Positions 50,001 to 58,626 of a DNA stretch of 64,000 bases are shown here, piece by piece. The stretch's first letter is position 1, and each line of letters opens with the position of its first letter. Source of the stretch: Squalus acanthias (taxonomy: Eukaryota). Position numbers and translations under genes: made by a program. Location of the stretch: NCBI GenBank assembly GCA_030390025.1, contig CM059443.1, positions 65,968,001 to 66,032,000 of the forward strand. Reading direction: 5' to 3'. The notes under the pieces were generated by a model. That model was not told where the DNA came from. It searched no databases and saw nothing but the letters and a program-made list of their open reading frames with translations.

Positions 50001-52367
50001 ACCAGAGTTCCTGTATTGTGTGTTTCCTTGATTGGTTTATTAACCTCCTTATCTAATTGAATGGAGATGCTAAATAATGGCGTCAATTATTGCTAAATAC
50101 TAGAGGCATAATTTTTTTTTAAAAAGGCAAAATAAAACAGTAAATATTCAGGGACACTTCTCAAAGCACCAACTCTTCCTGGGATACAGTTCTAAGGGCT
50201 GCCCTCTAGTACCTCACCCAAGTGGCAATTTTTCATAAGGAGGGAGTCACAGCCAAGCTATACACGGATCTCATCCAACTTCGACACATGCACTTTCCAC
50301 CAAGATAGTGAGCAGCAGTGGGACCCCTGGCTAATTTCTCCTCCCCCTCTCGCCAACTGAGCATCAAAAATTAATTTGCATGGGAATAATGTGCAAATCT
50401 CAGGTTTAATGTTTGGCATGTATTGTTTGCCTCTGCCAGTTGCTGGGTTATTCACAGCATCCAACTGCTGTACCTGCCGAGATTAGTTAACCCATTGCAG
50501 ACCAAGAATCGAACCGGGGGCCTTCCAAATCTTCTTGGGCTGTGTTACACTTGGCACCATATTTACATACTGCAGGTATTGGGGAGGCTTCAAAGAATCA
50601 TCTGTATATCTCCTGTGCAACATACAATCTCAAAGAAAAAGTGCAACAAGACATGGATTTATTTCTCTCAAAAAGGAATAAAAGGTTTCGCTACACTCTT
50701 CAATATTCCAAGCAATTGGAACATTACAAAAGTCTATATTGTCAGATATGCCCCTGCTGTGTGCATCCATCACTTTATTCTCAATGCCACTAAGATGTAG
50801 ATGGTTAAAGTGACTGCTTCCAACATAGAGTCCATCCAAGCAGCGAGTGAAACATAGAAACATAGAAACATAGAATCTAGGAGCAGGAGTAGGCCATTCG
50901 GCCCGTCGAGCCTGCTCCGCCATTCAATACGATCATGGCTGATCATCCAAATCCAGTACCCTGTCCCTGCTTTAATCCCCACAGTACACATATCCCACCC
51001 TACCCCCGTAACCCCACGTATTTAATTCCCCCTAACATATCCCATCCTATCCCCATAACCCCACATATTTAATCCCCCCTAACACTAAGGGTCAATTTAT
51101 CATAGCCAAATCAACCTAACCCACACATTTTTGGACTGTGGGAGGAAACCGGAGCACCCGGAGGAAACCCACGCAGACACGGGGAGAATGTGCAAACTCC
51201 ACACAGACAGTCACCCGAGGTCAGATTCGAACTAAAATTTGCAGTCGTGCTCAGTCACTGGCTCTGCACCTAGGGTTGGAAACACTGCATTGCCAACCAT
51301 GCTGCCTCCATTTCAAATTAGATTGTGCATCAAGTGGATTGAAGTCAGAATCCACAAAGCCATGGCCAGAAGCTGAAATGCACAAGCAGAATTCAGCCTG
51401 GAGTTCCTCAATTACAACCATGGTGCTGTGAAAGCAGCACAACACAAGCTGAAGGGAATGTGTTTGAGACTACGGCAGCACACTGAGGCCTCGAGTATAA
51501 AACTGTGCTTTAAAGTTTTCTCTTAATTCCCAATGGAATCTAAAGAATTAGCATGGGAGTGGAACCCGAGTTTCAGCCCACACTCCCACACACTCAATTC
51601 TGGTTCCGCCCAATGGAAACAAACAGGCTCAGTAAGTTCAGCTCATATGTATTTGTAGGTTGGATTTTGTTTGTGTGTAAAGCCTATTGAATTACAGCTA
51701 CCAGGTCACAGGCACCCAAACTAGTCTGGAAACATTAGAGCAAGCAAATCCAATTCAGTACACCAAAAAGTCAGGATTTTGAATTGATCCAGGACTAGTT
51801 ACCAAAACAGAGGTGTGATGAACCTGAAACACAAATGTGCTCAGAATACTATAGTGGGAATATTCTGTTTACTCAGTAACCGTATTTCCAATTATTAATA
51901 CACTGCCTTATGTGATATTCTTAATTCATCTCAAGTTGTTCCCAGCACCGGCGACAGGCCTGTAACCACCAGTATTTCATCCGAGTGTTATACAGCTTAA
52001 AGTACTCCCTCCAGATACAATCCAAGTTTGGAACAAGAGAATCTATAATTGCACTGCTGGATGTGTTTACTGAAATTCTAGTGACAACACTGCTCATGTT
52101 TTCATGAACTCGTGCACAAGACCTTGCATTTAACTTGTGAACACAGTTTTTAAACAGAAGCCAATTCCCAGGTTATTAGAAATGATTATAATTTAAGAGC
52201 TGCAGCCACTAAAGCAAAGATCCAATTTAATGTAAAAAATATGAATTCAAGCCTGGTCCCATGTGTACCTGAGGTTCCTGTCGCAGTTTATGATGATAAT
52301 GTGTGTGTTCATTCAATGATCGTTTCACCACCCCTTGATGCCGGAAATGATAGTAATCATCGAAAAT
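16502..52367 (-). CDS. furin: Furin-type proprotein convertase (subtilisin/kexin family), 5'-partial spliced CDS: join(52269-52367,44208-44303,42370-42498,41475-41551,39308-39396,36736-36908,36155-36367,33343-33443,31990-32093,30613-30730,24560-24739,22882-23006,22077-22202,16502-17070), 732 aa
   Basis: 14 exons with GT-AG ends and compatible phases, 2199 nt in total. Motifs: prodomain RTKR|D site, catalytic Asp (ILDDG), His (HGTRC), Ser (GTSAS), oxyanion Asn (SGNGG), P domain with RRGD, Cys-rich region, TM helix, YKGI and acidic cytoplasmic tail. Family assignment is secure; furin versus a furin-like paralogue is not resolved. Confidence 0.93.
17882..18470 (-). mobile_element. CR1/HER1-type LINE 3' fragment
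   Basis: ataggaacaggaggaggccattcagccc tail; ORF 18311..18718 end [20 protein letters not shown]. Confidence 0.8.
18760..18950. mobile_element. Penelope-like terminal-repeat remnant (inverted pair)
   Basis: ctggaaata...cccttagtcagaac|ttctgatgcagggtc..cctgaa...cagatttcccacatttgcagttttt; related copies near 22340, 33520, 34925, 36580, 47540 and 63130. Confidence 0.5.
19510..19843 (-). mobile_element. Family B SINE
   Basis: ccattcattatgtgagc..gacagtgaatgctggcaggttattc...gtcactgga...gcatttacccactaagccatc. Confidence 0.65.
22077..22202 (-). CDS. furin: Furin-like exon 15 ([42 protein letters not shown])
   Basis: 126 nt; ttcag acceptor and gtgagt donor; end of the P domain plus linker. Confidence 0.93.
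22490..22815 (+). mobile_element. Old CR1 LINE 3' fragment
   Basis: ttttgaaaactatgaagggttta...ttgtttctgctggttgg...gcctccttctgtactgtaatttctatgatt. Confidence 0.6.
22882..23006 (-). CDS. furin: Furin-like exon 14, P domain ([41 protein letters not shown])
   Basis: 125 nt; ctgcag acceptor and gtttgt donor. Confidence 0.94.
24560..24739 (-). CDS. furin: Furin-like exon 13, P domain ([60 protein letters not shown])
   Basis: 180 nt; tttag acceptor and gtatga donor; RRGD motif. Confidence 0.95.
24955..25340 (+). mobile_element. Deu-SINE (SacSINE1-like)
   Basis: tRNA head ggtttcaagccccact; Deu core gctgacac..gtgcagtattggggag...tcagatgag..gttaaac; tail tgcaagtctttg. Confidence 0.72.
26607..26820 (+). 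mobile_element. tRNA-derived SINE carrying the 3' tail of the CR1-like LINE at 1955-4333
   Basis: Head ggcacggtagtatagtggtaatgttactgg; tail ggcaattaggggatgggcaataaatgctggccttgccag. Confidence 0.75.
29010..30450 (+). mobile_element. Family B SINE copy interrupted by an internal VNTR
   Basis: Family B body upstream of the array (tatcctgtgacccc..gaggacaggatt) and family B end after it (gagtccaatacttcaggataggcgggga). Confidence 0.65.
29311..30405 (+). repeat. VNTR of about 40 copies of AGCACGAGAGAAACC(A/G)C(n), variable poly-C, G-quadruplex-prone on the minus strand
   Basis: Read directly from the sequence; the ORFs over this region are repeat translations. Confidence 0.97.
30613..30730 (-). 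CDS. furin: Furin-like exon 12 ([40 protein letters not shown])
   Basis: 118 nt; tccag acceptor and gtaagt donor; in ORF 30609..30857. Confidence 0.96.
31205..31420 (-). mobile_element. L2 LINE 3' end fragment
   Basis: catttatatagcacc...gtgaccaaaagcctggtcaaagaggtaggttttaa, as at 5266-5420. Confidence 0.75.
31990..32093 (-). CDS. furin: Furin-like exon 11 ([34 protein letters not shown])
   Basis: 104 nt; cctag acceptor and gtaaca donor; in ORF 31916..32173. Confidence 0.96.
32383..32804 (+). mobile_element. Family B SINE, near full length, abutting the gap
   Basis: Head agctcagtaggtaaatgcaccgtgtggtgtggtactgag...ccaggtttgatc; end gaagaatgaccatttgagtga...ccaggacaggagg. Confidence 0.7.
32805..33205. 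other. Run of 401 N (assembly gap or masked sequence) in the intron between exons 10 and 11
   Basis: N run read directly. Confidence 0.99.
33343..33443 (-). CDS. furin: Furin-like exon 10 with catalytic Ser ([34 protein letters not shown])
   Basis: 101 nt; tttag acceptor and gtatgc donor. Confidence 0.96.
34005..34365 (-). mobile_element. Family B SINE
   Basis: ggagtgtcaacagcctatttgaccgtg...gtcaccggatagcaaccaggagtgggaatcctggc. Confidence 0.6.
34790..35610 (+). mobile_element. Old CR1 fragment with an inserted Penelope-like piece (34926-35040)
   Basis: gaaatctggggattt...ttggtagggcagcatctggagaactgcatttggttttggtctcc ([14 protein letters not shown]-like)...agggtgatagaattgtggaac. Confidence 0.6.
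36155..36367 (-). CDS. furin: Furin-like exon 9 with oxyanion Asn ([17 protein letters not shown]...EKQI)
   Basis: 213 nt; tgcag acceptor and gtaagt donor; in ORF 36104..36385. Confidence 0.96.
36736..36908 (-). CDS. furin: Furin-like exon 8 ([58 protein letters not shown])
   Basis: 173 nt; tgtag acceptor and gtaaag donor; in ORF 36727..36921. Confidence 0.96.
38478..38715 (-). mobile_element. L2 LINE 3' end fragment
   Basis: ORF 38588..38791 [11 protein letters not shown]...[14 protein letters not shown]. Confidence 0.8.
38927..39255 (+). mobile_element. Family B SINE immediately downstream of the exon 7 donor
   Basis: gcttagcaggtaaatgcac...cagaccagcaagttccctggttcg...cttcaggagag. Confidence 0.6.
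39308..39396 (-). CDS. furin: Furin-like exon 7 with catalytic His ([29 protein letters not shown])
   Basis: 89 nt; cacag acceptor and gtatgt donor; in ORF 39180..39413. Confidence 0.96.
39715..40212 (+). mobile_element. Young CR1 LINE fragment (RT C-terminal region, open frame)
   Basis: ORF 39763..40245 [15 protein letters not shown]...[19 protein letters not shown]...[14 protein letters not shown]...RTRGHNL; no stop codons. Confidence 0.92.
40249..40392. mobile_element. Small hAT-like MITE; second copy at about 51980-52092
   Basis: Termini CAGTGTTGCCA...TGACAACACT; internal gaatctataattgc and tttactgaaattc(c/t)agtgacaacact shared with the 52-kb copy; no TSD seen. Confidence 0.55.
40772..41283 (-). 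mobile_element. CR1 LINE 3' fragment
   Basis: ORFs 41037..41228 [28 protein letters not shown] and 40742..40981 WNALP. Confidence 0.88.
41475..41551 (-). CDS. furin: Furin-like exon 6 ([26 protein letters not shown])
   Basis: 77 nt; ttccag acceptor and gtaggt donor. Confidence 0.95.
42370..42498 (-). CDS. furin: Furin-like exon 5 with catalytic Asp ([43 protein letters not shown])
   Basis: 129 nt; ttttctag acceptor and gtaagt donor; overlaps ORF 42280..42471. Confidence 0.96.
43552..43870 (-). mobile_element. CR1/HER1 3' tail fragment
   Basis: ataggaacatagaaacaggagg..ccattcagcccct..attagatcatggctgatctgta. Confidence 0.75.
44208..44303 (-). CDS. furin: Furin-like exon 4, [32 protein letters not shown] (primary autocleavage site)
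   Basis: 96 nt; AG acceptor and GTAAGT donor; RTKR|D motif. Confidence 0.95.
45370..45520 (-). mobile_element. CR1/HER1 3' tail fragment
   Basis: acataagaacataagaa...gtaggccattcagcccctc...aagatcatggctgatc. Confidence 0.75.
48196..49070. mobile_element. Non-autonomous DNA transposon, PIF/Harbinger-like
   Basis: Imperfect TIRs GGGGATGATTTTCGGC..AGGTGCTAAA and TTTAGCGCCTG..GGCCAAAATAACCCC; AGA on both flanks (possible 3-bp TSD); CpG-rich interior. Confidence 0.55.
49148..49423. mobile_element. hAT (Blackjack-like) MITE
   Basis: Termini TAGGATTGTCAAC...GTTGGCAACCCT. Confidence 0.6.
50160..50545 (-). mobile_element. Family B SINE
   Basis: agtacctcacccaagtggc...acacatgcactttcc...cagaccaagaatcgaaccgggg. 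Confidence 0.6.
50850..51235 (-). mobile_element. HE1-like V-SINE with a CR1/HER1-type tail ending in (CATAGAAA)n
   Basis: V-domain tgtgggaggaaaccggagcacccggaggaaacccacgcagacacggggagaatgtgcaaactccacacagacag; CR1 tail at 50850-50950; internal duplication of about 47 bp at 50990-51085. Confidence 0.85.
52269..52367 (-). CDS. furin: Furin-like exon (equivalent to human exon 3), prodomain [33 protein letters not shown]
   Basis: 99 nt; ctgcag acceptor and gtacac donor; aligns to furin IFGDYYHFWHRGVTKRSL...EPQ. Confidence 0.93.
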
Positions 52368-52859
52368 CTGCAGAACACAAACACAATAAAGGCTGATTAA
52401 TCCGAAACCAAAATATTAACTATAAAAAAGTGTCAAGTTTTCTCATGTTCATCAAGTCAAACAAAAGTAACATGAAGCGGAGGAAATCTATGATGCTGGG
52501 CAGTATTAAGCAAGACAACTTGGCCTCTGCTGAGTTATCCGATCTTAGTCCAGGCAACAACACAGATGCTACAAAAGGGCTTCAGTGGCCCAGCTCCTAC
52601 AGGATGGCAGCCAGCACCTGTGGAACCCATACCCAAGAGTTGACACCTTCAGGAGAGACATGAAGATTAGCCTCCAAAACAAACTTACAATGTTCTAATC
52701 CAACCTGCTGCAGAGTGAGAGTTTCACTTTTAAAATTATACTTTTTCCAAATGTTCATTAATAACATTCTCCAAATCACAAATACATTATCTAAAGATAC
52801 AAGGTGATTTCAGAATACAGTAAATGTCTTATTTTTATGGCACAGATATGGCAAACTTC

Positions 52860-53195
52860 TTCCTCCCTTCTTGGCAGAGATAGCAACTATTGCAGTACAG
52901 GGTACCTTACTCTAGCAACCATTCTTCATATGTGACAGCAAGGGTGGCAAGCTATTTGATTACAAAGGGAATCACAGCTGATCCTCATTCGATTCTCACC
53001 TAAGTCCACATCTAACCCTGGATTGCAAGCCTCCATAAGTCAAAAGAACAAAGGCCAATTGTAACCAACCGCCCGTGCCCCACCCCACCACTTCTCCATC
53101 TGAGATCTGCTAACTCACAGATTTGGAATTGAACTTGGGAACTTCTGATGAGTGTGGCTTTGTGCCTTTACTGATCAGACCCATCTGGGAGCTGA
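52860..53195 (-). mobile_element. Family B SINE
   Basis: ccattcttcatatgtga...gctatttga...ggccaattgta...gagatctgctaactcacaga. Confidence 0.55.
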
Positions 53196-53480
53196 TGGGC
53201 TCTTTTCCAAAATGGGGCTTTTTCCCTCCCAGGGTATATAGACAGCCAATGTGCTCATGTAAAAACAACTGGGCATAAGTTGGAGGGCATGAAACAGGTA
53301 GGAAGGAGTCAGCCTGGAATCAGCAGAGCTTCTGGCTAGCTCAAATATTTTCCTACTTGATCAGTTTATGAGCGGGAAAGTAAACTCAAACAAGCATCAA
53401 ATGCTGCTTTTAAGAAAGCACACAAGGAGGAACGGTTCACTCTATGCAATTAACCATTTCAACAAGTTTACACTGGCAGG

Positions 53481-53775
53481 CTTCCTTTGATGGTTCAGTT
53501 GATAAGCGTCTGCTGTAACGGAGCCACACAGATCAAAAGGTTTACGCTTCAATTCCCAGTTGGTGCAGAGTTAAAGGATGCCAGCTGGGGCACTAGTTAG
53601 CCCCAGTATCCTTGGGCTATTAAGGAAAATATTATAAAAGATCCTAGGATTCCTGCTTCTGATTATCCAGTGATCCCTGCTTGAAAAGTACAAGTGCGCA
53701 AGAAGAGAGTCAGACTTGGGTATTTCATGTGTGGTGGTAAACTAGCTTGCTGTCACTTATTGTCCAGGCTCCTGA
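53481..53775 (+). mobile_element. Family B SINE
   Basis: tgatggttcagttgataa...gagccacacagatc...ttatccagtgatccctgcttgaaa. Confidence 0.6.
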
Positions 53776-56064
53776 CTATTACAAGCCCTCCCAATTGCAC
53801 CAGCTACAACGGACAGTCTTTATACGAGCTCCCTGATATCCAGAAAAAGCCCTCTCAAAACTGCACATGTATCATGTTGCATATGCAGTGTTAATAAATG
53901 GAATGCTACTATATATAAATGAGGTGCCTGAATGTAACATGCAGCATTAGGAAAGAATTCACCAGCTCGCCTGATGGCCTGGTGGGTCAAAGCATTTCCC
54001 AGTGAGGAATGGCCATTTGGGCGAGATACCAGAATCAACCAGCACACATGGTACCATATGCCAGCATGACTCACTGCCTTTAGGATAAAGGAGAGGGAGG
54101 GGAGGAAGCCAGAATTTGTTACTTGAATAAGATTTATAATATGAATGAAATCAAATTATTCAATCATCTAATTTGTTCAGGGGCTCCCACTTACTACTAT
54201 AATTGGGTGATGGGCTAAATCAATCTCTACTGCCAACTAAACATTCTGGTTTTATCTTGCTTCATGTGCTTCTCCCGAGAGGAGAAACACTTGTTTGTGG
54301 GTGTAAATGATTCACAACAGCAATATCAAACAATGTCCTGTGACTGCCTGCAGCTGTCTCCAATACTTCATCTTTGAAGTGACTGAACCATTACTCAGCC
54401 CATCACTGATGCAATCTATTTTTACAACTTTACAGCACTTATCAGTACTTGCACTGAACACGAAAGCATACAAACATTAAACTATTGATAAGGTTGACCA
54501 AATAAACATTGAGCGATCACTTTTGCTAAATAGGTAAACAATACAGGAAAAAAGTTAACTAGACAGCATATTCACCACTTAGTGAAGATACCCTAAATAC
54601 CATAAACCATACTCTTATTGTGCAATATTCTTAGAGCTGATGCTTTTATGCAACTTGCAGGAATTAGTTTGGAACGGAACACGCAAACAAACATGACCTT
54701 GTCGGAATTCCGTCTCCTTTAGCATAGTTGGGTCAGTTTGTGAGCAAAAAATGTTGTGTTCATCAGAAAATTGAGAAACTTAATTACTACACTTGTAATT
54801 AAGTGTATAAGTTTATAGTTGAGTATAGGCACGAGATGGAAATTATGCAGTAAGGGAGGAGCGCGAGTTCAATCTGTGGCTTGTAGGGCTGGAGGATTTA
54901 GAGATAGGGAGGGGAGAAGACATGGAGGGATTTGAAAACAAGGCTGAGAATTTTAAAATTGAGGCGTTGCCGGACCGGAGGCCAATGTAGGCTATGACTG
55001 GATAGATAAGAAATAGACCAATGGATTACAAGGCAATTGGCCAATTAAGGAGTTTATGAGCAACAAACCCCAGGAGCAGACTTTACCTGAAGCCCTCTTT
55101 TACATGACTACCTCATGTTCCTCTCCTTCTCAGTGCCCTCTATATATTTAGCCCTTTCCGCAAAGATTACTGGTTTTGCTCAGTTCTCTAATCCATGTGA
55201 ATTTCTCTTTTATAGAAACTCCCAATTTTTCAGTAAAGTTTCATTCAGTTCAGTAGCTTTAGCATTTTTTTTTTTACACATACATGCGTGCAAATAGCTT
55301 CAGGTTCTAAAACGTATAATTTGAGGTTATGAATAAATCCCAACATTTTACAGCATCCATTTAAAATGTTAACAGACAGCAGGTCAGTTCATACACTGAA
55401 GGACTTTAGGGACACTTCGAGCATCAGCTATTCTAAATGCTGGTTAGTGAGAGATGCTGAATTTTAGAAATAGATGTCAAAAAAGTTTCCAGATTTTCAC
55501 AACATGTTATGTTTTAATTTACAGTAATTGCTGCAGTTGAAGCAAATGCCTAAAAGCTAGTAAATTTAGGCTTGGTTGAAAAATTAAGAGTTCCTACGGC
55601 AAGGCAAATTCATACTTTGCATGAGATGAACTGCATAGAACAAGCACTCTTTGTGAAATGTTTAACACATAAAGAGCACTTGTTGAGTAGAGATGGATTA
55701 CAAACTGGTTATTGAGGGATTCAGATCATGTTGTCTGCTCTTGGAGTTGGATAACTGCCCTGTGATCCACTGTGTATTATTTAACCTTACTCATTGTCAC
55801 TACTTTTCTGCAACTATTGGATGATGTAAAAATGCCTATTACCACTGGGATTTGATGCTTGCATCCCCAACGCAAGCTGGATTCGCACCCAATACTGGAG
55901 TCCAAAATTTAATTTTATAACAAGAGGAACTCTTCCTCAAGTTTATCTTCAAGTGGCCCCACTACATTAATCAAGAATCAAGTGTTATGTTAAAGTGCTT
56001 AACAGCTGACTGATTATCCATTTAGAAAACCAGCAGATCTATGAATAAGGAATAGACCTGCTAC

Positions 56065-56500
56065 ACCTCAGTGGTAGCACTTTTGCCTCCAAGTGGAGGT
56101 TCAAGCTTCAAACTGGGACTGGAATACATAATCTAGGCTGGCACTTCAGTGCAGCACTAAGGAGATACTGCATTGTCAGAGGTGCCATCATTCGAACAAA
56201 ACTTCAAATCGAGGCCGGTCAGGTGGACATAAAAGATCCCAAGACATTTTTCGAAGAGGAACATGGAAATTCTCCCAGTGGTCTCCCAAAATTAATCCTA
56301 TAATCATTACCTCCAAAATAGATTAACTCGTCCTTTAGCCGATTTGTTATTTGTGGAACCTTGCTGTGCACAAATTGGTTACTGTGTTTACCTAACTGAG
56401 AATAGTGACTACACTTTGAAAGTAATTCTTTGGCTGTGAAGTGCTTTGGGACTGCCTGAGGATATGACAGGCACAGTATAAATGCAAGTTCTTTCTTTGC
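56065..56500 (+). mobile_element. Deu-SINE (SacSINE1-like), full length
   Basis: ctcagtggtagcac...ggttcaag head; Deu core; tail tataaatgcaagttctttcttt. Confidence 0.78.
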
Positions 56501-57689
56501 AATTTATGATAAATACATCTGTAGTTTTCCAAAATCCACCATTGTAATTTTGGATGGTAGAGTGAGGGAGAGCAGTCCCACTTTGCATTGTACCAAATAG
56601 TAGCATACAGAATAGGTCTTTGTATTACACAATGAAGCAGCATCAGGTTCAGAGTAACATGCCAATAACAATATTTACAGGACTCAAATTACTTGGTGTT
56701 CCCATAATACTCAAGTTATTGTGTTCCTGTACAATATTTTAACAATGTCAAACAGAAAGATGCCACGTCTCATTCACATTATTGTGATAGCACAGTACAA
56801 AAAGTGCACCTGTACGTCACAAACATAGGTCATATTTAGAGTAGGATCCAGGCCCATAGTTCAACCTTTTGATTTGAATCTACACAGGTGCACTGAGCAA
56901 ATTTGTCTTACTTGTACGGTCAATAGAGCATGGCCACATTGTTGTAATGATGCCACACACAAGGTTCAAATGAAAATCCAAACAAATCACCATGGTGAAA
57001 TAATAACATTCCATGAACTCTGAACGCAATTTCACATACACTTTATCCAACCACCATTATAAAATCTACCGTAACTGTGGATCTATTTTAATCAGCTATT
57101 AAGTCAAACCATCTTCACCATCAACCCAATGCCAGATTACAAAAGGTTTCAAGTTCAGTACCTAGTTGGCAAATTTAAATAACGGCCTACAGTTTTAGTC
57201 AAAAACATAACCAGGATTAGTAAGAGTAAGGAGACAACTTGGACTGGTCAATGACGTTACTATTTTCTGTATAACTTCTACCAATTAATTTACTGGTTAG
57301 CAAATTCAAAATCTCAAGAGTTTATAATAGCAATAAAAAGGTAGTAGTCATTTAAGAGGCAGGATTACATGAAGAGTAACATTATAAAACAAAATAAATG
57401 AGTGGGACCAATACAACAAGGCACCTGTGAAAGTGATTCTATAATACTAAAGAAAAAGAAAATTCTGGAACTGCACAACTCGATCAGCAATAACATTTCA
57501 GATGTAGGGTCGCCATTTGAAATGTTAATATGTCTTTTCGTGAAACTCCAACGGACGCCAAGCTTTTACAACAAATATGGAGGGAAAGGAAGCAGTTCTG
57601 AGGTCCTCAGCACCTAGCTTGGGAAAAGGGAGGATATGAAGGACAATTGAGGGAAGAGTGGGCTGGCTATGACACGGAGAGCTCCATGT

Positions 57690-57880
57690 TTCTCTAATAG
57701 GGCCATGGCATCTTTAACATCCATGTGGAGCAGGCAAACCGGGCCTCAGATTAACATCTCATCCAACCGTGACACATTTAACAATGCAACACTCCCTCAG
57801 TGTTGCTGTGAAGTGTCAACCTTGAGTGAGGCTTGACCTTCTGACTCAGGAGAGTGCCACCAACTGAGCTAACCCGACAC
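57690..57880 (-). mobile_element. Deu-SINE 5' fragment
   Basis: ggccatggcatctttaacatcca...gcaacactccctcagt...ctgactcag. Confidence 0.7.
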
Positions 57881-58071
57881 TACAATCGGCAGGAAGACAA
57901 CCGAGGAAGGAAAGAAGTTTGAGGTCCTGGTAAAGAATGAGTTTGAAAAGGGCACACTGCAATGAGTCTTGATTTCTAAACAGCGAGGATGCAAGGAGAA
58001 GGTAGTTGTGTAGGATAGAAAAACGTCAAATACAGAATAATGGGAGAGGAAAGCTCAAGGATCAATGACTA

Positions 58072-58112
<41 letters not shown>
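58072..58112. repeat. (TAG)13 microsatellite
   Basis: Read directly. Confidence 0.97.
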
Positions 58113-58194
58113 CAGGAGAGAGTGACAGAGGCAAAGAATGAAAGAGAATGAATGAAGTTACAGTGCAGTACAACTGGGTAAAACTATAAAAGTT

Positions 58195-58626
58195 AGACTT
58201 GCATTTATATAGCGCCTTTCACAACACGTCCCAAAGCGCTTTAAAGCACCAATGAAGTATAGTCACTGTTGTAATGTAGGAAGCATGGCAGCCAATATGC
58301 AAAGCTCCCACAAACAGCAATGTGATAATAATTAGATCATCTTTTATAGTGATGTTGGTTGAGGGATAAATATTGGCCAGGATACTGGGGATAACTCCCC
58401 TGCTCTTCGAAATAGTGCCATGGAATCTTTCACGTCCACCCAAGAGGGCAGATGGGGCCTCAGTTTAACGTCTCATCCGAAAGACGGCACCTCCAACAGT
58501 GCAGCACTCCTCAGCACTGCACTGGTGTGCCCGCCTAGATTTTGTGCTCAAGTTCCTAGAGTGGCACTTGAACCCACGACCTTCTGATTCAGGAGAGAGT
58601 GCTACCCACTGAGCCACGGCTGACAC
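58195..58626 (-). mobile_element. Deu-SINE (SacSINE1-like), best-preserved copy in the window
   Basis: acttgcatttatatagcgcc tail; atagtgccatggaatctttcacgtccacc...tctcatccgaaagacggcacctcc core; ttgaacccacgacc..ccactgagccacggctgaca head. Confidence 0.85.

Noticed and set aside
58560-58626. tRNA-like A/B boxes (also at 1790-1860, 26607 and 56065)
   Set aside because: They are SINE heads joined to Deu or LINE-derived bodies, not cloverleaf tRNA genes.
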